A stretch of DNA of 64,000 bases from contig OZ234494.1 of assembly GCA_965153455.1 (NCBI GenBank), positions 3,906,001-3,970,000 on the forward strand. The letters are read 5' to 3'. This DNA is from Sphagnum compactum. Its lineage: Eukaryota. A program made the translations under genes and the position numbers. Positions 49,198 through 63,513 of this stretch are shown piece by piece. Every line of letters starts with the position of its first letter. Position 1 is the stretch's first letter. The notes beneath the pieces are model-generated. The model worked only from the letters and a program-made list of their open reading frames with translations, did not search any database and was not told where the DNA came from.

Positions 49198-50261
49198 GTA
49201 ATCACTGATAGAGGCCCCAAACAAGGGCCCAGGGTGAACCAACCTACACTAGTGGTACCTTCACATTCTTGAGTGAGACCTTTTAGTGGCCCTATTTCAC
49301 CTACGCCATTGTCATGATGAATACTCCCCAAAACCCACACAAGTGAAAAGTTAAATTAAATATTCTTTTGGATCACTATTCTTTCAAATACAAGACTTGT
49401 ATGTTGTAAGAGAGGTTTCTGTATGACTGGGTTCTCCTGAGGGAGGGCATTTAAGGGCATGAGCCAGAGGGTGTTCCCAAACCTCAGGAGAATACCCAAG
49501 CATAGGAACCTCCACACAGGTAAACAACCTTCTTTTATGGGAACATGCCAGCATATAAAAATAGGAGGATCTCAGCCTGGCATAACCCCCTAGGGTTCTT
49601 CTCCTCGGGGAGAGTACACAGACAATGAAAAAGACAGTCATTTTACTTATAGGCATGGGGTTAGAGAGTATTGCAAAGGAACACAAAGGAATACTTTCTA
49701 GAACAAGGCATCACAAACACGCTGGCCCTGCCAATAGATAATATGTTGTACATCTACTACTGTGTCCACACTCTGAACACCAAAACAATCTGTTCCAATC
49801 TAAACAGTCTAAGCACTTTCACCAAAGAAACCAGTTCAATGTGAAACCGGTTCAATTAAGGTAAAACTTCCAAAAGTTGGATCCAATGCGATAGTCCCTG
49901 TCTCTGTGGGGGCAGGGCCCAACAAATTCTCTCTGCCTGAAAACAAAATGTACACCAGTCATGGTTTTCCCCTCTTTAAAAACTTGACCCAATTTGAAAT
50001 CTAGAATCTGGGTGGCACTTTACCAAATGTGTGCCACATAAACTATGCAGACAATTATGGTTTATAAGGGGTGCTTTGTTTTGGAGCTTACAAGGAAGAT
50101 TGTGCTTTGTAAGGAACCAACAAATACGAAAGGAAAACTAAGGTCAAGTTTTAAAGAAAAGCGTGGACCTTATGTCCTCCTGGCCAAATATTGCAAACAA
50201 AAATGTGATCAAACTTTCTAACTATCCAAAAAATAGTTTGCTTGTAATCTCTTATTACATA

Positions 50262-50530
50262 TCTATCTATTAACGAAGGTTGTTTGCTTTGTTTGTTGTG
50301 TTCCCAAACCACAGCCCCCCATTGCACTCTTAGTACAGTTGGAAGCCCTCAATGAGCAGGTGCACCAAGGTTGTTACATAATGTTTAAACCTATGGTGCA
50401 AGAGTTATTAAAAATTGAACAACTTTGTCAAAAAAAATTGAACAAAATCAAAATTAGTTTTTTTACGAAAGTTGAGTGAGCTCTTGATACTCTGGGAACC
50501 CCTTGGTGAGTGAGATTTCTAGGAGGTAAG
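50262..50530 (+). repeat. Copy of the 1-345 repeat family (5' part)
   Basis: ATCTATCTATTAACGAAGGTTGTTTGCTTTGTTTG and GGTGCA.CA..TTG..CAT..TGTTT blocks shared with the reverse complement of 1-345. Confidence 0.55.
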
Positions 50531-53369
50531 CTTTATAACTAACATGGGGTATAAAGTGATGTGCTATTGGAAACATCTTGGGGAACACATTGGGATCGTC
50601 TTAAGGAACAGATAATCTTTACCAAATATTCCAATTTGAATATGAAGATAGAGGTGACTCATGACTACAACTTCTAGTGTGGTACAGGACTAGCAAGATA
50701 TAGTCCCAGGGTAGCAAGGTACAGTCTTGGTGGGGGAGCAAAGTTACTTCTTCCTATTAGTGGAAATTTTGTTGTGTTGTTTGTTGTGTATAGTTTGTTG
50801 GTTTGCTTACTTTAGTGGGCATTGTGCAAGGATTTCAAAATTCAAATGCTTCTGAGCTTTTGAGAGTTTTTGGAAATTATTCAGTCTTTTTCAGTAATGA
50901 CAAAGTTTACACATGTAATTTTAAACATGTAAGTAGGTTATCAAATTTAAAAGAATTCAATCACCAAGTCCATATTTTTCTTGTCAGGTGGGTAGGTTCT
51001 GCATTTGTTTTGTGAAAATCATTAACCTCTTGTTAGGTTATTACTAGCTGGCCAACACTGGTTGGGACTAGGGTTTTTCTTCTGGCAAATTTTCATCACT
51101 TGGCAACAAAAAGAAATGGGGCTGCATTTTTTTTGGAAATAAAAGCTCTGAGTTGTAATATTCCAGGGAAAAAAAAGCTGAACTTGCCATATTTAAACCA
51201 TAGGTTCTAGTATGTTGCTAGTATATATGGTGGGGTTTGAAAAAGTTTCTACTTTTCTCTTTGACCTCTTGCCAAAGTTTTTGAATCTGGTTATGGGCCC
51301 TTTTGATCGGGCTTGAACCCAAAAAAATACTCCCAAAATAAAAACCTCCCAAAATAGTCGTTCCTTAGAGAGCAATATGGTTTACAATGGTACAAATTTG
51401 GGCAAAAGATACGGGATAAAATGTCATACCATTGGGAACAGTCTGGGGAACACATGGGCACTTGGGGTGCATCATTGGGAACCTTGTGAGAACAAAATTA
51501 GAGCACAATGGGAACAAAAAAATTCCCCCAAAAGATCTCAAAACCGCCTGCCTCCCCCACCCAAAAGAAAGTAAAGGGGGGCCTCCTGAGTGCATATTGA
51601 GCCTCCTCATTGGGTGCATGAAATTTTAATTTCTACAACTTGTTTGACACCATTTTCAACCTGGGCTAATGCCCTTTCCTAAGAGGGAGGGTACCTTAAG
51701 CGGGTTACATATGTTGTGTTAGTGTTAGTTGGGGGTACAGTCAAGACATTTTTTTCTTTTGGTGATGGATCTCTTTAATTAATTGGTCCACCAACCAAAC
51801 AAAAAACCCCAGTATGACAGACTCTGAAAATAAAACCTGTCCACATTGAACATAGTCCTACATGTCAAATGAGCTGGAGCGTCTGCATGCTGGAGCTGTA
51901 TGATTCTCTTTCCAAATGTATGTGGGGAGCTGGTATAATACTCTCTTTTTTAAGATATTTAATGAAAGTGAGTAGTCTCCAAAACGGCTTCTGATGATGC
52001 CCCAAGAGACATTCTTGAGTGGACATCTTTAATTTGCTCAAACTTGATCTCTTGTAGTCTGCTGATTGAAGGGGGAATATTGTAATGCAAGAAGACATTT
52101 CCCTAAACTGGGTGTAGGGGGAACCTTTCCTTCCTTGCCTCTACTCGAGGATACCCAGAACCACCCAAGTGTAACCAGAGAGATGAAGACAAAGATTCAC
52201 TTTTGCCACCCCAATCTTCTGTTACTTTGCTTCTAGTCACTTATCGCCTTGGAATGGATGGTACTCACCTCCCACTTACTTCTCATCTTTCTTTTTGAAG
52301 GTGAAAATCTGCTTATGTTAACATTCTCTCTTGGCTTCATCTGGCAATAGATAATTCCTCCTTACCCCAGGAAGGGGGTCATCTTGTTTTGTTTTTGTAG
52401 CAGGGTTAAAGGAAGGCTCTAAGAATAAGACATCATTCGATTAGAGGATCAACAACCCCACTCAAATGAACCAAACACAGAACTCAACAAAGCATTGCTG
52501 TTGAGACTATACATTCAGGAAATGATACGAATGTGAGTGCTATAGCAGTGTTTTTTTTTCGTTTGCTCCAGGTATCCTAGTTGGCTACACACATTGGCCC
52601 TTGGGGGCAGACTTGGCAACCAGTCTGGATTTTTTGTATAAACGTTTAGCACCATGTAACAAATAAAAGTCAAATTGTGGCATCCAAGGAAAATTCTACA
52701 TAGCCAGCAATTGTGATACAATGTTTTTTGAAGAATGGTAGATTGACTACAATGTGTTTTTAGGTGTAAGACAATTGGCGAGCCTTTCAAGATCTAGGTA
52801 TGTGCAATGGTGAGCATTTCAACAATAGGTTGCAAGATTTGGCGATCCTTTCAACATCCAAGAGCCGACAACAACAATTTGCAAACAACTTGTACATGTG
52901 CAAAACTTTGTACTAACAACAAGCAATCATCAAGAATTTTTGCTTCAAAATTTGAAGGCCTAGGGAGGGATCGAACTCCGATCCTCTCGGATCATGCCCA
53001 TTGCAGCCCAAGTCAGATATGCACAAGTAGCACACGTCAAAACCTTCTTTACAATCCCACATTAGCTCAAGAAAATAATCAACAAAATAGAAAGCAATTG
53101 CATATCAAAACAACTTAAATCAACAACAAGCCAACATTTGAAGGAACTTAAAGAACCTGTAGGTTTAGGTTTACATCTTAGCCGCTCAAATAACACATCA
53201 CACCAGCTAAGAAAAATCCAACTATAATACAAAATTTGTTTACATTGTTGCTTAGTGCCTGCATACAAGCTGTAACTTGAGCTCAAAACAATGTGTAAAA
53301 ACACCTAATGTATTACAACATTGAAACCTCCAAAAGCATTTATGCATCCATTACATACTTATGTTTCTT

Positions 53370-55720
53370 ATCCTGCCATTCCTTGATGGCATCTCCAAAC
53401 GGGAAAGTTCATGGAGTAATGATCCTAGGCAAACATTCTGACAACCAAATCAAGATGACTTGTGAGTTTATTTTTAAACTTAGATTTCATGAAGGATATA
53501 GTTGAGAAGCATTGTTCGTCTTCCACCCTTCCCAATACCATCACTATAGAAATTGCCGCCAACTTGAAGTATTCCGACAATCAGTGTTGCAGCACAATGC
53601 TAGAGGCTAGATTGGACCACAACTTAGTCATGGGATTATAGCTAACAAGAGGTTCAAGAACATGTTTGTAATTTGACTACATAGTGACCTTGAAAAAGGA
53701 AACTCCCATGTCAAGTTTCTGTTCATTGAGTAGGGCTGGTACTTTTAAGCCTTCAACACCAACTTCTTTCTCAAAACAATATTATGCCTTCAACAAGGCT
53801 AAATGGGCAAGGCACGTATTCTTTGCTTCAAAATTCAACCAATATTGAGGATATACAATTCTAGTAGCATTCATGAGCTCCTAGTTGGGAAATCTTCGAG
53901 CCAATTCTTCAATGAAGCTAGCAACTGCAACCGGACATTGCTTTTTCATTCTTTGTGTAACAGCAACCTAAACATCATGAGTGCACATAACAAAAAGCCG
54001 TGATGAAGGGCAGTTGGAATGGATTTGGTATTGCCATCCTTGGAAGTAAAAAATAACATATTCAATCTTGGTGGTTGCATCAATCCACCAAGCTATGAAC
54101 AACCCATCATTGTTACAATTGACTAGATTTACAAGATCTTTGAACTACTCATCAATGTACTTCTTCTTTGGATCATAGTTTAATATGTGCAAATCTTCAC
54201 AACACATCTTCCTTGCCCCCACAAAGTCACACACAAATGTATCACGACTTTGGGCAAATTTGATTAGGTCATGGACAACCTCCAACATGGGCATGATGCA
54301 CATGAGGCTTAGGACAACCTCAACATCACAAAAAACTCAAGAGTGGGTCTTATAGCTTTAATTGTCCCAAGGTCATCATTCATTTTTACCATCAAGGATT
54401 TGTACTCTTCAAGCACCCTCTTACTAAGAAACAACATAGATATCCACCTAGTCTTCACATTGTGCAACAGTTTGTTCCTTTTTGTTTCTAGCAATTGTGC
54501 AAGCTTGCATTGCTCCAAATGCCTCTTGGGTGAAGAGGAAAAATAGGTGTATGTGGCTTGCAAAAGACCTTCAAGTTTATGCACCAAGGGTTGCATGAAA
54601 AATGTTTGCATATATAGTTATGTTTTGTTCGATGTGCAACACAATGGATAGTAAACATAAAAGGGGTTGCCTTTTTAGTGAATTGTGTTGTCACACCATT
54701 ATGAACACTTGTAAACACAACAACCCCCATTAGAACCAAAGAGATTAACTTGTTGTTGATCTCTTCTCTATGGTCAAGCCCCCATGAACCATCAATGATT
54801 TTAGGATCACATTGGTCAAATTATCAGTAGTGCCACCACTGACCAACCTTTCCAAATTCAATAATATGGGTATGCACTTGAAGCCCTCCACAAGGTATGT
54901 GTGAATGCTAATCCATGACTAATTATCAATCATCATCACTTCATCGCAGCTAACAACAAGATAACTAGTTGCATAAATAACCACTTTAGTTGTAGTGAGA
55001 ACAAAACTATGCATGGATTTTGGAATCTCCCAGCCAACATTGTCACTCCAGTGTTTTTTTGGAGTGTGCTTCACTTTCAAAAACTCAAACAACAATTCCA
55101 TTGCTTCAAAGTTAGTCATAGGATGACCTTGTTTCAAAAGCCAAAAAATTGCAACAAATTGTATAAACTTTCTTTTTTTCCTCCCAACCACATCCTCCAC
55201 AACAACCATGTCAGCCATTGTGTCTTTTTTCCTATTGCAAAAGAGTCATTCATTCTTTGCATGTTGTGATTTAGTCGACATGTAATATTACCCCATGTTG
55301 CAATTTGGTTTTGCAACCTTGCACTTGTGCTTTATAACATGTTTTTGGAGGTTGTTGAATTTGGGAACCAAGAGCTTCTCTCTACTTTCAATTTGCAAGC
55401 AAACATGACACTTAACCATGTTCACTTTCCCATTTGCCCAAAACATAACTTCCACCCATGGAAGCTTTGTTGCCCAAACATCCTGAAAAACCCGATTAAT
55501 TTTCCATTCTCTCACCCTTCTTTTTTTTCCATGGGGTTAGTGTTAAGCACATCACGACATTTCGCTACAATATTCTCTGCACCAACTTCAAGTGTAATGC
55601 ACCCGGATGCACTACAAACAACAGTAGCACCACCACCTTCACTCGAAGAACCAACCTCGATGACACTAGGGATGTTAGTAGAAAAAAAAAAACTTGTACT
55701 TGAACTCATTCGGCAGCTAT
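53370..55720 (-). pseudogene. hAT-superfamily transposase (ZNF862-like), frameshifted
   Basis: WATKLPWVE..CHVC..LVPKFNNLQKH (N-terminal zinc finger), VSCDEV (first catalytic D), IHCVAHRT (CxxH motif), SSPKR, KTRWISM, LDLVVRMF..FPFGDAIKEW. Confidence 0.9.
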
Positions 55721-58700
55721 AGAGGCACCATGGTGTGATTACATCAAAAGCTGAACTAAATGGACTTGTAAGAACTAATCAAGAGCCAAAGAAACAAGAG
55801 CTTTGACATGGTCAAGAAGTTGTAGCTGTGAACTTGTAAGAAGCTTCAAAGTAAAAATAAATAAATAAAGGAGCTTGAAACTTACAAAATGTGAAGACTA
55901 TTTATACACAACATTGATAATTGATTGTTGCGTGCAACCATCTAGAGATTGCTCTTCCATCACGTTGATAGTAGCAACTACCGACAGACCTCATCAAACA
56001 ACAAACCTCTCTTGTAGAACTCAAGGTCATCACCACCAAGCTGAGCTAGAAACAAACCTCCACAAGCTAAACTACAAACAGACCTTAGCAACAACCCCTA
56101 ATTCTTTAAGAAAATATGAAAAGGCGACAACCCAAACTTTATGAGTGTAAGAGAGAGACGACAACATAAATACATAGCTTTGATGCAATGTGAGCGATGA
56201 AAAATTGTAGGTGGATGGAGATGTGGCTACAAGGTGTCAAGCTTCATCATTTGATGACGAAAAGGTGTGGGAGCTTCATCAAATGTGGGCAATAATGCAA
56301 AGCAACTAGGAGCAGCAGCCGATGAGCCGCTGACCCCTCACATCCACTACTTGACTAGTCCTAATCCAGAATCCTGGGAAATGGACGATTGATTCTCTTA
56401 AAATGTAAGCTAGGCTGGTCGGTGGCCCTTTCTCCATGTTGCTAACTAGCAAAATTTCGCCAGTCAGAAAAAAACGTTGTGCTATAGCCATTAGAGCATC
56501 TCCACCGGTGCTCAGTATGTGACTCCCGACAGTAAAATTGTTCCTTTCAGTTCCTTGCAAAGTTCACTATCTTTGAAAGGTCCCAATGTTCCTAACATTA
56601 ATTACCCTTGCCAAATTGCATCCTCCAATTGAAAGTGTTTGTCAATGCAGCAGGAAACAAGGGTCAATTTCCATTAGGCTGCTATGATTACAGCTCATTT
56701 TGTGGGTGTACCTGCGATCACAGCCACCCACGTTAATGGAAAGAGGGGTTTCTTGCTGGGGGGAGCGGGAAGGGGTTGCAATCATGTGCAAAAACACAAA
56801 CACAATGGGGGTGTCTGGCCCCTACTAGTTCTTCATGGCCAAGTTGTGAAATATTGTTTAGGGCAATCAGAAGGCTTTGGTATAATAAGAACTGCCTACT
56901 GACTGTAAAGATGTAACCCCATATAGTTGATTATATGACTCACAGTGTCTCAAAAATATGGAATTTCAATTCTTCCATGCACTCACTAAATTCTTGCAGG
57001 TTCACATTATTTCAACTGGTTAACAAGGTCACCTGCCACCAATAGCCTCAGATGGTTAGTTGTTGACAAGACTACCTTAATTTTCAATCTTAATTTGAAG
57101 CCAGTCTAATTCCATCCTCGCCTTCTCTCTCTGTCTCTCACAGACCCCCAAGGAGGCAAGGTAGGAAAGTAGAACTGGACAGTGTAACCAATCACCAACC
57201 AGTGCACCATTCATTGGAAACCTGCTATGACTCAGTTGTGTATGAACAATGGATTCATCCATCCGCAACTGTGAAGCCTCCTACTTCCCCGTCACACCAC
57301 CTAGGCAACTACCTATGTAGTTGGGTAAGTAAGTATCATAGGTAAGTAGGTGTGAAATGTAAGTAACTACTATGTAGGTAGGAAAGTAGGTAATGAATTT
57401 GGTGGCTAATAGGAGGGTAGATGCATGTGGATGGCTAGTACATTGTTGATAACTGTGGTTAGCTATGGGACTAGAGTAAAATGAATAAAGTGTTTCCTGT
57501 CCACACACCATCCATCCTGGGTCCTCACTATTTGGTGCTAGTGCACTCTGGCTGTTAGGAGAAGGGACAAAATCAGCACTACAGTGAAATAGGGCGATTT
57601 GGGGGAAGGTGGGGAACAACAAGCCACAAAAACCCAAAAGTAGAAATGGGAATGTCGCAACTTAACTAGACCAAGTCTAAAGGAAATTACAGTACCTTGG
57701 CGACCAAAACCCCAACTGTAGGTGGAACCCAACTTGGGCTTAGTTAAGGTTCATCCACAACAGTCCAAGGTTTCCTAACTTGGACTCCCTTCAGATACAA
57801 ATCCCATACATTTCCTTCCTACTTTACTTTGATACATACCTGGTGTGAGGGGGAAGTAGGAGGGCGTACAGGATAGGTTACCAAGGTGGATCCTTGGTAA
57901 CTCAGTTGTGTCACTTGTGGTTCATCCACGGCTGGCTTACAACGAGTTTCCAAGGGATTGGTTGGTGCTGGGTCACATATTCCCTAGTTTAAAAAGTGGG
58001 AGGGTGGTTTCAAACCATTCCACAATTATGTCAGCAGAGTGTAATATCTAGATGTAGTTTAGACCTTGGGGTTTCATTTTTTGGAATAGAAAATAGTAGG
58101 AGGAGTATAAAAAAATTGTGTTTGACCTTAGCCATACAAAGATCAAATCAAAACATTATCCATGGGTCCCATTGTATTCATCTGAAAAAGGATGCACATA
58201 ATCCAACCTTACCATTGAGGGGGGCCCAAGGAAATATTGGCTCTCATGTTCTCCTAGTTTCCTGGGTGAAATTGTGCCCTAAGCATATATGGCTAGAGCC
58301 TAGCACTTTTAAGGCCATAAAATCTGATGATTTTACTAGATTACAAATTGGATAGTTTCATATGGAAAGATGTTTTGAATGGTTGCATTTAAATGTGCCT
58401 ACTACCCACCTCTTCAACAAAAAAGATGTGTGGGCTATGTCATATGCTGGCGTGAAATAAGACATCAGCCTTGGCGTTGGGTTCTCCCTTTTTGAAGATC
58501 TTGGTTCCGCAACAATCCACAGTACAAAAGTAGTGGGTAATGTGAATCACGTTGGGTATATATTGTAGCTTGAAATGTATATCGTCTACCACAACAAATC
58601 CACCTACCTTGGAATGCTAGTAGGAGAGAAAAACCTATGAACTTGTTACTATCTATTTTGTTAGCATGTTGAATCAAATATGTTATTTTGAAGAATATTG

Positions 58701-60271
58701 AGTTTCAAAGAAACCCTTTGCCAAAGGATATGGGAACAAAAGAATATGGATACAAGGGAACATCCAACATAAGGATTAACTAACAGAGGAAATGTTAAAT
58801 TTGGAGTCAGAGACCCCAGGATTTAGTCTAGGAATGGCATATCTATAATGTTTAGAAGCAACTCAAAAAGTTTTTTTGGGGTGTCTACCATGGTACTAGA
58901 ATTTTACTATTTTGTTCATGATACCCACTGGGTATCACAAGAGGCAAGGTGTTTTGAAAAGTGAAACACCCACAGTTTGCGGACAGATTCCACTTGATAA
59001 TGTGCCCTCCAGATACACTAAAGAAGTTCTGCTCATGCTTTACAAATTAAAAAAATGAATTATTTGTTTACTCATGGGCCCTGGGAATTGTACTTTAGAC
59101 TCAACGACACAACACCATAAAAATGTGCAAAGCTCACGACAAACTCTAAAAGACATATAAGTATTTGTATATAGATGTATGAAGAACCATTTGGTATAAG
59201 AAACCAACAAAGTTCAAACAACAACAACAACAAAAGGGGTCAGATTATACAATCTGGATTTCTTTGTGTTTCAAGTTTCCAGATCCTTTGCCACTGGATG
59301 AGGAAGGGGCTCTACGGTGGGGCCTTTGTTGGGAAAATGGAAGAAGCTGTGAGGTTGGGTGGTATTTCACACCCACTTTTGAAAAAGTGTTTGCGGACTT
59401 CCGCCCCAACTACAATCTCTTATTAGATTGATGAGATCGTCCTGGATACGATGCTAGAATTTGATTTTGTATGATGTAAATGGCTGCCCCACAAACTTAG
59501 TGAATGATTGAACAAACAAGGGAGCAATTGGTGAGCCAGTGACAAGCAGATTTCATGCAACTGAAGGCAATTTAAATATAGTAATGGGTGGTCAGTACCC
59601 TTTTGTCACTATTGGGTGCTCATCAATATTTCATATGGGCTGTAGGTGGGATTCCCAGAGAATTGCTTCTAGTTAGGCTTGTGTCTATACAAAAATTCAT
59701 CAAGTAGGCTACAATGAATTGTGCAACCTCTTCAAGAGATTTTTGGAAAGCTTAAGTAGCATAAAATAAAACTAACACTTTGCTTGAGAAATATTTGGCT
59801 GGCATGAAATAATATACATAAAAATTGGTATTGGGTGGTTGTGTGATGTATTTGAGATAACCTATGATTAAGGATATATGGAAGAAATGGATTTGATTTC
59901 TTCTGCAGTTCTAGTATATTGAAACTAATGAAATCAAACATATCCATGGTTATGTATAAATACAGTGATGGGTTTCTGAGGCACATGATTCTTTTCTTAA
60001 GGATGCAATAACTTGTGGTTATGTTATAAAATGGTTATAATATTAGAAATGTTTCATAACTGGGTGGTACGTCAAGAATGGATGTGAACAATCAGAGTAT
60101 GTTCAAGTGAAATCCTATATATATGTGTATGTGTGTGTAACATGTGTATCCTCTATATTGACCTTAAAAATAAAAAACTGTATTGAAGATAAGAAACAAG
60201 AAATTGATAATAGAGTATATCAAGTTCAATTCTTTAAAATTGTTCTTTCCCTACATTCCTACACAACAGGC

Positions 60272-60506
60272 CATAGCTCATGACACAATTGTGAGGTAAA
60301 CTTTGTGGGTTCATCCATTACAATGTACAATATCTGATGTTTATCCATGTAATATATTATCAGATATATACTGCAATATTATATTATAAATATAGTTTGG
60401 CATTAGTTTGAAATTTGTGTAATATATGCCACAACAGACACCGTAAATTGTACATTGTAATGGATGAACCCACAAAATTTATCTCTCACTTATGTCATGA
60501 GCCCTG
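60272..60506. mobile_element. Foldback MITE with hAT-like termini
   Basis: CATAGCTCATGACA ... TGTCATGAGCCCTG, with internal TTTGTGGGTTCATCCATTACAATGTACAAT / ATTGTACATTGTAATGGATGAACCCACAAA inverted pair. No TSD preserved. Confidence 0.75.
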
Positions 60507-62899
60507 CTCTAGTGTGTGAAAAAAACCCCATTCTTGCTATCATCTTGCAAATTTAACACTTCATGTTCAAAGTCAACCTCTTATGTCTCAATTGATCACT
60601 TTTTGAGTCTACAAATCCCTCTGTGCTGTAAGGCTGAAAATTCAACCATGGCAAAGATCAAATCTTGTACATATAGGTGACTGATATAACCGGGTCCAAA
60701 TTACTGGTAAAAAGATTTTTAGACATGTTCCAACTATGGTTATGTTACCTTAACTTTGAGATAGTTACGTTAAATAGTCAATTGTCATAACTTTTCCAAC
60801 TACCAATTATTAATTGGTATATATATATATCAATTTTGATTAATATATTTTGCTGGTTGTAGTTGTAACCAATGTTGGCAGGCTCTTTATTTTAGGTAAG
60901 TTTATGATAGGTTTCAATGTATTTGGATTGAGCCTTCAATGTCTTTGTTAGAATTGCAATTGGAATTAGACTAAGCAACCAGCTTTTTTTAAAATTGAAT
61001 TAGAACTTGAGTTGAGGATAATATTTTTAAACAAGTCCAAGTTCTCTAGGTAAATAGTAGAACCTCTTTTTAAAAATAAAAAGTTTGACTTTACTTTTTA
61101 TGTAAACAGTTAGTTTTAGTTCATTGTACATAATTAATATCATGTCATCATTACTTTAGACTATGTGGATTGGCAATAAATGTTAAATCAATCAAAGAAA
61201 GTAAATGCATTCAGTACAAAAATATTGTTGTGATTTTTTCCCCTAGTCAGACCTTTTACCTCATTCATATTTTCTTTAAAAAAATTGAGTGATACAAGGG
61301 CACATTTTGCACTCATAATTTTCCACCTTACAAATGTTTCAAAATGCACGTAACATGCTTAGTGACATGCTACATACCCTTAATACCCAAAACATGAATA
61401 ACATGGACCCAAAATGTGTTTAAGTATCACAAGGTAAAAACAAATGGGGCAAAGGGCAAACTGGGGGAAAAGATTGCAGCAGTACTTTTTGTCCTGACAC
61501 TTTCTTTGGCTGATTTAACATCTTCTGTGGATTGGCTGAGCAAACTAATATTACATGAAAAAATATTATCTATTTGTGTGCAATGGGAATGGAACTAAAC
61601 CTGTTCTTTGATTGAACCAGGTTCAAATTATGTGAATGAAAGTCCAGAACTGAAGGTTTTAGGAATCCAAAAAATCAATCTTCAAACTGGATCCATCCAA
61701 AACTGAAAAGTTTCAGAACCAAGAATGAAGATTCATTTCAAAATTAAAAAACCAAGTTATAATGAGATAAAATATGTAACCACCCAACACTGGTAAAACC
61801 CTGACTTAATTTTTCAAATGTTTTGCAAATAGTCATGAATATTTGTTTTCATTCAGGGTTCGCCATCACCACTGTCCTCACTGCAACGCCAGAGCTAGAG
61901 ACGACAGGGTGGGGCATGGTAGAGGCTAAAGGGCGCTCACTTTTACCAACGACGGGGCCCGCCATCGCTGGGGAAGAAGGGGAGTAGCAGAAACAACAAG
62001 TCCCATGGTCATCTATCTTCCCTGAGTGTCTACCACCGCTGGTGACCAATGAGTTGTGAACCAAGAGCAGAAGCTGGTGGGTACGGAGATGAGATGCTGG
62101 AATTTCTATCAACGCAACCTCTGCTGTTGCTGAGAGTAGTACCGTCCGCCATCGCTAAGTAGCAATAACAACAACCCTGTGCCAAGCACAAACGCCAGCA
62201 AGGACAATTCTAGGTTCTTAGTTTTGACTTCTAAGGTTTTTTTTTTTTTCTTTGGAGGGTGAGGGAGGGATGTAAAAGTAGATGGTGAGAAAAGTAAATT
62301 CTTTCTTTTTGGTCTCTTTCTCTCTTCTCTTTTCTTCTGTTCTCTAAACCCTAAACCTCTTCTGTTTTGTTTTGTTCTCTTTCTCTTTTCTTCCTTAAAC
62401 CCTAAACCTCATCTCTTCTCTTCTCCAAAGCTCTTCTCTTCTCTTCTTCCTCCCTTCTTTAAACCTTAGACCTCTTATCTTCTTTAAACCTTAAACCTGC
62501 TCTCATCTCTTCTCTTTCACTTCTTTAAACCGTAAAACATTACTTGGATTTTTCCCTTTGTATTTTCAGCTCACTTACCTGCTTGAAGAAACCTGTTTTC
62601 AACAATGCACCAGCCAGGCTGTATTTGGATCTTTTGACCACAAGCCCTTCTCCTATACCAAATTTCTAAATTTTTTAATGGCTAAAACCCATGTGTTTGT
62701 TGACTTCTCAAGTCCTTTTTAAAAAATAGACATTGGTTTAGGGTTTAAGATTTGAAGAACTCCGCAATGGCACTCGATGCCGTACCGTTGTTGTGTCCTT
62801 TCATTATAGTGTTGGACATTTTCACGCTGAAGGACACTGCCAAGACGCACTGTAACAACGCTAGGCTCAACATTCCAAACAATGCACCCCTGGCGGTCT

Positions 62900-63513
62900 A
62901 CCAGGCAACCCTGGCCGAGCACTAGCTAGTCATGGGCCTCAAGACCAACAACTCACCTGTTGACGCACGACTGTCCAAGATGGAGGCGGCCATCGAGAAC
63001 ATCACGTCTTTCGCGGTCGTTGGCAACCTTGCGGTTAACTAGCTGATGGAACGTGAAGCGGCTGTGGTTATCACAGCCAAAGCTGCTTCTGCGGAGGAGC
63101 CTACAGTGATCGCCAAGAACGTGCGCAAGGTGGTCAGCCAAGCTGTGGAAACCCTGGCGATGCACCCAAACAGGACGAGTGTAAGCTCAACCTGCGCCTC
63201 ACGGGCTTCGAGGCCAAGGAGGGCGAGACTAAAAAGGAGCTAGTGTAGTGATTCAACACAGAATTGTTGCAAGGGCAAATGAGGCTGTGCGCCAAGGTCA
63301 TCGCTGCCACGCGACAGTGGCCTGCGACCGCGTGAGCCTACACCTCGGTGGTGGATGCACACCCTAGTGCTGTGCTGTTTAAATTTGCAACGAACGAAGA
63401 CCGCCAGGCCGCGCAGGCCTAGCGGGGACTAAGCTAGGCCTAGACGAGGACCTCATGCTTGCGTAGCAGGCGTTCAAGTCAGAGCTATGGCCGCTATTCA
63501 AAGAGGCCAAGGC
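62900..63513 (+). pseudogene. GC-rich non-LTR ORF1-like remnant (coiled coil plus RRM, L1 ORF1p/Transposase_22-like)
   Basis: KLNLRLTGFEAKEGET..EL...PSAVLFKFAT.EDR../GLAGTKLGLDEDL.....KSELWPLFKEAK resembles the NLRI.G+.E..GE / P++++F / L.GT.+.+.EDL pattern; cut by the LTR at 63514. Confidence 0.6.

Noticed and set aside
48698..49200. CACTA transposon interpretation (CACTATTGAA at the left end)
   Set aside because: The right end is TAGTA with no 3-bp TSD; the exact 8-bp GTAATCAC duplication with symmetric TIRs fits hAT better.
51990..52066. C/D snoRNA-like TGATGA...CTGA
   Set aside because: No convincing terminal stem or recognisable rRNA guide.
52955..53010. B-box-like GAGTTCGATCC on the minus strand (tRNA or SINE head)
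   Set aside because: No A box or cloverleaf could be formed.
61849..62112. 87-aa GC-rich ORF as a gene
   Set aside because: No recognisable domain, and it adjoins low-complexity and dispersed-repeat sequence; probably TE-internal.
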